Assembly: GCA_049999805.1 (NCBI GenBank)
Contig: JBNGIO010006316.1
Location: 219,854 to 239,853, forward strand
Length of the DNA stretch: 20,000 nucleotides
Direction of reading: 5' to 3'
Origin: Folioceros fuciformis
Lineage: Eukaryota
Shown: in pieces, positions 13,286 through 20,000 of the stretch
Layout: each line of letters opens with the position of its first letter
How positions within the stretch are numbered: the first letter of the stretch is position 1
Position numbers and translations under genes: made by a program
Notes under the pieces: generated by a model
The model's input: only the letters and a program-made list of their open reading frames with translations
Told to the model about the DNA's origin: nothing
The model's database searches: none

Positions 13286-15997
13286 ATGGGAATAGCAAGG
13301 GCAGCGCTGGTGGGCGTCAGGTTCTGTGCTTGTACTCTTCAGTCAGCTCGGAGTCAATTTCAAGCCTTGGGTATGTCATGGGAGGTCCGCAGGACAGTGA
13401 GTTTCTTGTTCTTTGCAAGAGGGATCGCCGAGCACATGCTTGGGCCTGGCGGCAAAAGCAGCATGCCTTTTGCAAGCGTGGTGTGGCCAATTGTGTGTAT
13501 TCGACATGATTCCTTTCACGGATTGAGCACAGGATCGAGGATTGAACAGTTCAATGAGATATGCCAGGCCATGGAGCGTGGATTCCCTGTTTCCTCCACC
13601 ACTTTTCACCATTTGCTGCAGAGATGCATAAGAGAGGTCGATTTGGACATGGGCAGGCAGGTGCATGCTCTTATCACCGCCTGTGGACTTCAATCAAGCA
13701 GCTTTTTGGGACACCAGCTGATTTGCATGTACTCTACTTGTGGGTATCTAAGGGGAGCGCAAGACGTGTTCCGAAATCTGCCTTCACCAGATAGATTTGT
13801 ATGGTGTGCTGCTATACTGGCACATTGCAAGCATGGAGAGGCAAATCAGGCTATCAGCTTGTACAGCAAAATGCGTGAGTCCTACCTGGTACCGGATGAG
13901 TATATTTTCGTAGCTGTGCTAAAAGCCTGTGCTAGTGCTCCAGCACTTTCGGCCGGCAAACGGATTCATGGGGATCTTCTGGAATATGGTTTTGAGTCGA
14001 ATGCATTTGTCAGCAGTGCTCTCGTGGACATGTACGTAAAATGTAATTGTGTGGAGGAGGCACGGAAAGTTTTTGACAGGCTGTCCACCAGAGATGTCGT
14101 CAATTGGAATGTCATGCTTGCAGGGTATGCTCAACATGGAGATTTTCATGAAGCTCTAGAGCTCTTCGGTGACATGCAGGAGGCAGGCATGCAGCCAAAC
14201 CAGCGCACGCTCGTTAGCATCTTGAAAGCTTGTTCAAGCACAGCAGCTTTGGATGACGGCAAGCTGCTCCACTCACTGATTACGAAGTGCGGGTTTGAGA
14301 AGGATGTGTTTGTAGGCAGCACTCTCATTAACATGTATGCAAAATGTGGGAGCTTAGATGAGGCACGCACCGTGTTTGACAAAATGCCGAAGAAGAACTC
14401 TGTATCATGGAATGCTATGATTGCAGGCTATGCACATCATGCAAGTGGCTTTGAGGCGATGTCGCTCTTCCAGCAGATGCAGATGGAGGGCTTGCAGCCT
14501 GACCATCGCACGGTGGTCAGCATGTTGAAGGCATGTTCCAGCATAGCAGCACTGGACCAGGGAAGTCTTCTCCATGGTTACATGATGCGAACTGGCTGTG
14601 AGCCTGACATCTTTGTCAGCAGTATTCTCATTGATATGTACGCAAGTTGTGGAAGCCTTGAGGATGGCCGGAGAGTATTTGACTCCCTGCCAGCAGAATC
14701 TAAGGATGTGGTCATCTGGAATGTAATGATCGCAGCCTATGCTGAGCAGGGGTGTGCACAGGAGGCATTTAGACTTTTGCAACAGATGCAAGCAGAGGGC
14801 TTGCAACCAGATCAGAGCACATATGTGGGGCTCTTGAATGGTTGTTCAATCGTCGCAGCGGTAGATCTAGGGAAGTTGATCCACGCCCTTATTTCTGAAA
14901 GTGGTTACGTTGCAGATGAGTTTGTTGGAAATACACTTGTCGACATGTATGCCAAATGTGGAAATGTACGACAGGCGAGAAAATTGTTTGATGAGTTAGT
15001 GCGAAAGAATTCTGTGACATGGAATTCCATGATCGCTGGATATATACAGGAAGGCAGTGGGCAGGAGGCGATTAACCTCTTCCAGCAGATGCTAAAGGCG
15101 GGTATCCAGCCAGACCAGGCCACTCTTGCAAGCATCTTGAAAGCATGTTCTACTACGGCAGCTCTGGGCCAGGGTAAAGTGCTTCATGAGTATATAGTGG
15201 AAAGCGGCTTCGACTCGGACTTGGTTATCTGCAGTTGCCTCATTGACATGTATGCAAAGTGCGGGAGTCTGGATGATGCACACAGACTTTTTGATAGCTT
15301 GCCTACCAAAAATCTGGTTTCTTGGAACGCCATTATTTCAGGATGTGCCCAGCACGGGCATGCCCAGGAGGCACTGGATCTGTTTGGACAAATGAGGGAG
15401 GCTGGTGTGCAGCCAGACAGCATCACATTTGTGTGCTTGCTCAGTGCATGCAGCCATGCTGGCTTGCTGGCTGAGGGTCGCCAGCTCTTCCAATCCTTGA
15501 CCCAGGACTTCTCCATAACTCTGGAGCTGGATCACTATGCATGCATTGTCGACCTCCTTGGTAGATCAGGCCATCTTGAAGAGGCGGCCGACTTTATTGG
15601 CACTATGACTTTGCAACCACACCTTGTCATATGGAAATCCCTGCTATCAGCTTGTCGGACTCATGTATGTGTCCAGCTGGGACGACGGTCGTTTGAGGCC
15701 ATTTTGAGGCTTGACGGGACAACTGCTGCTCCATATATTCTCATGGCAGATATATACAGGGCAGCTGGCATGTTCGACGAGGAAGCAGAGATACGGAAGC
15801 AGATGTTATCTAGTCGTGTGTTGAAGGAACCCGGTCGAGCCTGGATAGAGTCCAACGGCGAGGTCCACATCTTCATGTCACAGGATCAGCATCACCCCGA
15901 ACGAAGGCTTATATATGCAGAGCTTAGAAGGTTGTTGCAAGCTTGTGCTAGGTGGAAACCGAAGGTCGGGAAGGCAACTTCGAACACACAACTCTGA
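13286..15997 (+). CDS. PLS-class pentatricopeptide repeat protein, E+ type (organellar RNA-editing specificity factor, no DYW catalytic domain), ~903 aa, intronless
   Basis: First in-frame ATG is 13286 (the ORF track starts at GTG 13253). It has an Arg/Ala/Ser-rich N-terminus resembling a transit peptide and 20 motifs L-S-(P-L-S)x5-P2-L2-S2, followed by E1 (LVIWKSLLSAC), E2 (AAPYILMADIY), PG box KEPGRAWIE and HP..IY.EL. It stops with no HSE or CxxC. Confidence 0.95.
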   Translation: MGIARAALVGVRFCACTLQSARSQFQALGMSWEVRRTVSFLFFARGIAEHMLGPGGKSSMPFASVVWPIVCIRHDSFHGLSTGSRIEQFNEICQAMERGFPVSSTTFHHLLQRCIREVDLDMGRQVHALITACGLQSSSFLGHQLICMYSTCGYLRGAQDVFRNLPSPDRFVWCAAILAHCKHGEANQAISLYSKMRESYLVPDEYIFVAVLKACASAPALSAGKRIHGDLLEYGFESNAFVSSALVDMYVKCNCVEEARKVFDRLSTRDVVNWNVMLAGYAQHGDFHEALELFGDMQEAGMQPNQRTLVSILKACSSTAALDDGKLLHSLITKCGFEKDVFVGSTLINMYAKCGSLDEARTVFDKMPKKNSVSWNAMIAGYAHHASGFEAMSLFQQMQMEGLQPDHRTVVSMLKACSSIAALDQGSLLHGYMMRTGCEPDIFVSSILIDMYASCGSLEDGRRVFDSLPAESKDVVIWNVMIAAYAEQGCAQEAFRLLQQMQAEGLQPDQSTYVGLLNGCSIVAAVDLGKLIHALISESGYVADEFVGNTLVDMYAKCGNVRQARKLFDELVRKNSVTWNSMIAGYIQEGSGQEAINLFQQMLKAGIQPDQATLASILKACSTTAALGQGKVLHEYIVESGFDSDLVICSCLIDMYAKCGSLDDAHRLFDSLPTKNLVSWNAIISGCAQHGHAQEALDLFGQMREAGVQPDSITFVCLLSACSHAGLLAEGRQLFQSLTQDFSITLELDHYACIVDLLGRSGHLEEAADFIGTMTLQPHLVIWKSLLSACRTHVCVQLGRRSFEAILRLDGTTAAPYILMADIYRAAGMFDEEAEIRKQMLSSRVLKEPGRAWIESNGEVHIFMSQDQHHPERRLIYAELRRLLQACARWKPKVGKATSNTQL

Positions 15998-16030
15998 ATC
16001 TGAAATGCACATTTCATCTCTGCTTACATT

Positions 16031-18724
16031 TTACGTCGTCGCTGTATTCGATTTACTTGCCTGGTCATCAGAATGGAAACATCTGTGGTGGCCCTGTTCA
16101 CAAACGCTTTCAGCCTTGAAAGATGTCATATCCTTTGGTGAAATGTTGGCTTCTCTACGAACCGATTGGTTTATTTCAGCCCTATTCAGGATTGATTCGT
16201 CATTGGGATGCAATTTCTGCCCAACCAAAAAACTATGAACCATTCCGTCTCTGTCTGTCCACCAGCTCAGACCCGGTTGCTTCCAAGCCTTGATGTGTAT
16301 TCTCCTTGTGCGCATCTCCTGCGCCTCCTCCCACATCTGGGCACCAGTGAATATAGTTGACATCAACACATACGCTGCAGGGTCATCGTTGTCTAGAGTC
16401 ACTGCTTGGTTGAAAGCATGGTAGCCCATGTCGACATTGCCCCACTTACGGCAAGCACTCATCAGAGTGTGCCAAACTGCAGCATTAGGGGGAACAGGCA
16501 GTGCCTTTATCAAACCCAGTGCCTCATCTAATCGCCCGGCACGGCCCAGGACATCCACCATGCATGTGTAGTGATCCACCGTGGGAGTGATGCCATACTG
16601 TCTGCTCATAGCTTCAAACCACTCTCTTCCCTTGCTCACTAGACCTGCATGACTGCAGACAGTTAGTACACTAAGGAAGGTTATGCCGACTGGCTGTATA
16701 CCATACCCTTTCATTTTTTTTACCAGATCGAAGACCTCCTCACTGTCTCCTTGGCAGGTGTAGCCTGCGATCAGTGCACTCCACACAGCGACATCCTTTT
16801 TGGGCATTGTATCGAACACCTGCTGTGCATCAACCATGCTCCCAGCCTTCCCGTACATGTGTATCAAACTTCCAGCCACTAACGGATCCACGTGCAGCCC
16901 CTTTTCTTCAATCTGTGCATGCAGTTGCCTTCCCAGATGCAGAGCAGCCACATTTGCACAAGCCTGCAGGAGGCACACAAATGTCAAGGAATCAGGAGCA
17001 GCAATGTCTTCTTCCTTCATAGCCATGTAAAGACGAAGCGCTTCCTGGCCCATGCCTTGCTGGGAATAAGCTGCTATCATGACATTCCACGTCACCACAT
17101 CTTTTTCGCCAAGTCCGTGAAACACTTTGCGAGCATCTTCGAGGCTGCCACACTTTGCATACATGTTTATTAAACTGTTGGCTACAAATACAGCTTCACG
17201 TCCACCTTGTGGAATTTGCGCATGAAGTTGCTTTCCCGTCTCGAGCGCTGGGGTGCCCACACTTGCACATGCCTGCAGGAGACACACAAATGTCACAATA
17301 TCAGGTACAGCAATGCCTTCTGCTTGCATGAGATTGTAGAGATGAAGGGCTTCCTGGCCCATGCCCTGCTGGGAATACCCTGCTATCATAGCAGTCCACG
17401 TCACTACATCCTTTTGACCGAGAGCCTCAAACACTCTCTGAGCATCTTCTAAGCTGCCACACTTCGCGTACATGTTCACCAGACTGCTGGCTACAAACAC
17501 ATCAGCCCCATGTCCGTGTTGTGTGATTTCTGCATGAAGCTGCTTCCCCTCCTCCAACGCTTGGGTGCCCACACTTGCACATGCCTGCAGAAGGCGCACA
17601 AACGTAACAGAATCAGGTATAGCAACACCGTCTCGGTGCATAGAACTGTAAAGATGAAGAGCTTCCTGGCCCATACCCTGCTGGGAATACCCTGTGATCA
17701 TGGAATTCCACGTTACCACATCCTTTCGACCAAGCCCATCAAACACCCTTTGAGCCTCATCCAAGCTGCCACACTTTGAATACATGTTTACCAGACTACT
17801 GGCCACAAATATATCAGCTTCAATTCTCCGATCCCGGACTTGTGCATGAAGCTCCCTCCCCTTCTCCAAAGCTGGGGGGCCCAGACTTGCACATGCTTGC
17901 AGGAGGCACGCAAATGTGACAGAATCAGGTCCCACAATGCCTTCCTCTTGCATCGCAGAGTATAGACGAAGTGCTTCCTGGCCCATAGCATTCTGGGAAT
18001 ACCCTGCTATCATGGCATTCCAAGTCACCACATCCTTTTGGCCAACCCCGTCAAACACACTTTGGGCGTCTTCCAAGCTGCAGCATTTCGCATACATGTC
18101 TACCAAGCAATTGCATACAAACAAGTCGCCTTCAACTCCAGTAGCCAACGCGTCAGCATGCACCTGCAGCCCAGTCCGTAAGTCTAATGCCCTGGCACAG
18201 GCCTGCAGGGCTGCAACAAACAGATGGCCGTCTGGCTTCACGCCTGACCTGCGCATCCGATGATACAGCTGTATGGCCTGCTTGTCCTTGCCCAGTTTAA
18301 CATGCGCAGATATTATTGAAGACCACATGAAGGCATCTGGTTGGACAACCGCTTCCAGAACATCCGTCGCGTTTTGCAATCTGCCCTGAAAGGCATACAT
18401 GCGCAGGATGTGGTTGGACAAGAAGGTATCCGACTGGTACCCCATTCTTACCGAGAAAGCATGGACACGCCGACCCCGAACAAGGTCCTTCTCCAGTATA
18501 CATCTCTTCAGCAAAGAGTACAAGAGGGATTTGGAAATGCCGCATTCTGTCTTCACCAGAACTCCTAATCCCTCGACAGCCTCCCGTAGACTTCCCTGAT
18601 GACATAGCTTGCTCACTGCTTCAGCTCTTAAGCCCCCTCGGTATCCTTCCCCACGTCCACGGTTCGCAGAGCGAGCTACGAGGACGCGCTCAGCCCAGCT
18701 TCCCACATAGCGAGATGTGCACAT
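16031..18724 (-). CDS. PLS-class PPR protein with WW-type PG box and truncated/degenerate DYW domain, ~897 aa, intronless CDS
   Basis: First in-frame ATG is 18724 (the ORF track starts at GTG 18823). It has 20 motifs L-S-(P-L-S)x5-P2-L2-S2, E1 (AAVWHTLMSACRKWG), E2 (PAAYVLMSTIF) and KQPGLSWWTDRDGMVHSF, and ends at CFHSDDQASKSNTATT* without CxxC or a terminal DYW. Confidence 0.94.
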   Translation of the reverse strand: MCTSRYVGSWAERVLVARSANRGRGEGYRGGLRAEAVSKLCHQGSLREAVEGLGVLVKTECGISKSLLYSLLKRCILEKDLVRGRRVHAFSVRMGYQSDTFLSNHILRMYAFQGRLQNATDVLEAVVQPDAFMWSSIISAHVKLGKDKQAIQLYHRMRRSGVKPDGHLFVAALQACARALDLRTGLQVHADALATGVEGDLFVCNCLVDMYAKCCSLEDAQSVFDGVGQKDVVTWNAMIAGYSQNAMGQEALRLYSAMQEEGIVGPDSVTFACLLQACASLGPPALEKGRELHAQVRDRRIEADIFVASSLVNMYSKCGSLDEAQRVFDGLGRKDVVTWNSMITGYSQQGMGQEALHLYSSMHRDGVAIPDSVTFVRLLQACASVGTQALEEGKQLHAEITQHGHGADVFVASSLVNMYAKCGSLEDAQRVFEALGQKDVVTWTAMIAGYSQQGMGQEALHLYNLMQAEGIAVPDIVTFVCLLQACASVGTPALETGKQLHAQIPQGGREAVFVANSLINMYAKCGSLEDARKVFHGLGEKDVVTWNVMIAAYSQQGMGQEALRLYMAMKEEDIAAPDSLTFVCLLQACANVAALHLGRQLHAQIEEKGLHVDPLVAGSLIHMYGKAGSMVDAQQVFDTMPKKDVAVWSALIAGYTCQGDSEEVFDLVKKMKGYGIQPVGITFLSVLTVCSHAGLVSKGREWFEAMSRQYGITPTVDHYTCMVDVLGRAGRLDEALGLIKALPVPPNAAVWHTLMSACRKWGNVDMGYHAFNQAVTLDNDDPAAYVLMSTIFTGAQMWEEAQEMRTRRIHIKAWKQPGLSWWTDRDGMVHSFLVGQKLHPNDESILNRAEINQSVRREANISPKDMTSFKAESVCEQGHHRCFHSDDQASKSNTATT
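16950..18130 (-). repeat. Internal tandem ~312-bp (104-codon P-L-S triplet) repeats inside PPR gene 2, about 3.5-4 copies
   Basis: The anchor A(A/G)GCTGC..CA.TT.G..TACATGT recurs at 17142, 17451, 17763 and 18075 (spacings 309, 312, 312). The peptides are near-identical (KDVVTW..MI.GYSQQGMGQEAL.LY). Confidence 0.85.
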
Positions 18725-19159
18725 TACAGACAGCACGTAATTAAACTTTGTTGTCACTGATCCTCTGTTACACACTACAGATTCCCATGTACAGGCTGGC
18801 AAAATTGTGCGTTCGGTAAACACTGGACGGGATCAGAAGTAGTACCCAGAGTGGTTCAAGCAACATGGTTCCCTCAGACTCACCTCAGGAGAATCCTGTT
18901 CTTAGATTTTAGGATGGTGTCGGCCAGGAAGTATGCAAGTGCAAGGGCTGTGGACTTCTTCGCCTAAGGCCAGGTGCACAAAATTCCGAGGAGATCATAA
19001 GCGGCCTTTGCACTCTCCCTCCAGCGTATGCGGACCTCTTTTTTTTTCAATTTGTACAGGATTAACTTCAGACGAGCTCACTATCTCCCTGCTATCGGGT
19101 GGGGTTGATAGACACGACCTTCCACCATACGAAGGAATACTTTGCAGCTGGTAGAGGGT

Positions 19160-20000
19160 GAGAAAATTTTGAGTTTCTTAGGTAGTGATAATTAATTACT
19201 TATCGGCTCCTGAAAAGCTCCCAAGTTGTTTAGTTGCAACATTGCTAGCAATCCAGCATTTGCAGTTTGATTGGTTGTAACATTGTTATCCAACTTTAGA
19301 AGCAAGCAATTTGAAATACCTGGCCCACATCAACTTCCTCCTTGTAATGGGATTGTTTGCTGCCCTAAATTCTATGGTGTTCCAATAGATAAGTTATGCA
19401 AGTGCAGCAATTGCTTTTGAGTGCTTTACCCATGGACTTGACCTTGCAGTAGTCATCTCTTCTTTCAATGTTTGAAGACACAAGTCTTTTGAACACAAAA
19501 GCCTCTACACTAATGGCATTTCTTTGGAGTTTGAGCATTTTGCCCTTATCTTGGTCTATGTGCTTTATTATTAAGATGCTCACATTTTGTGGTCTAGGAG
19601 TTGTTTTTTCTGCTTTAGGCTTCCTTCCAATTGAATAGATGTTTTCTACCCTCATAGGCTGCCTTGCTCTTTTTGGCTTTACTCTTTGATCTTAGATTCT
19701 TAGGTTTCAAGGTCTTCCTCTTGGAGAAGGAGAATCAGTAAGCAATAGTTGGCTCACCTTTAGCACTTGTCCATCTTTAGAGTAGCTTGTACTCGTCAGA
19801 GTCTACTATAGTAAATGAGCCTGTTCATGGCTTCTTGCTTGATTTGACATCCATGCATTCTAAATAGTACTACACCTTTTCTTTACTATTATAAGGTTTC
19901 CCTTAAGCCTAAGCCAACCTCTCTTTTGTCATGTCCAAGCTTGCAACAATGAAGTGTCTTTCAACGACTTAAGAACCCATCGTGCTCACTACCTTGTAGG
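19160..20000 (-). mobile_element. Probable decayed transposable-element relic (possibly LTR-retrotransposon gag)
   Basis: Abrupt shift to AT-rich, CpG-depleted DNA (4 CpG counted in ~840 bp, none in 19206-19793). The minus strand is A-rich with broken ORFs. A zinc-knuckle-like peptide HCCKLGHDKRE lies at 19951-19919, just downstream of an in-frame stop. Confidence 0.4.

Noticed and set aside
12868..13509. Several 77-107 aa ORFs in the NDUFAF7-like/PPR1 divergent region
   Set aside because: No motifs; they overlap each other and the real starts, and their lengths are compatible with chance.
15915..16238. Plus-strand +1-frame peptide RQLRTHNSESEMHISSLL as a frameshifted HSE remnant of PPR1's DYW domain
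   Set aside because: It is too close to the PG box, has an extra residue within HSE and no convincing downstream DYW motifs. It cannot be separated from chance without an HMM search.
16950..18130. Regularly spaced repeats as a CRISPR-like or non-coding array
   Set aside because: They are in-frame 104-codon P-L-S triplets within a eukaryotic CDS.
13376..18605. Many 60-130 aa ORFs antisense or out of frame within the two PPR genes, some similar to each other
   Set aside because: By-products of the repetitive PPR coding sequence, not independent genes.
19365..19655. 96-aa minus-strand ORF as a host gene
   Set aside because: No motif or splice support, and it sits in CpG-depleted, degenerate sequence; more likely a transposon remnant.

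Overview
Compact, intron-rich land-plant nuclear DNA, most likely a hornwort. That inference rests on the short GT-AG introns, tiny intergenic spaces and a PLS-class PPR protein with the 'WW'-type PG box. Genes alternate strictly in orientation: the 3' end of an unknown charged-repeat CDS (+), MSH3 (-, 13 exons), a MYST-family histone acetyltransferase that looks more KAT8/MOF-like than angiosperm HAM-like (+, 14 exons), an NDUFAF7/MidA-like SAM-dependent methyltransferase (-, 14 exons), and two intronless PLS-class PPR RNA-editing-factor genes (+ and -). The PPR stop codons are only 33 bp apart and both proteins lack an intact DYW deaminase. The last ~800 bp is CpG-depleted and probably a decayed transposon. 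Exon models were assembled by hand from splice consensus and frame continuity, and homology calls come from recalled family motifs, not database searches.
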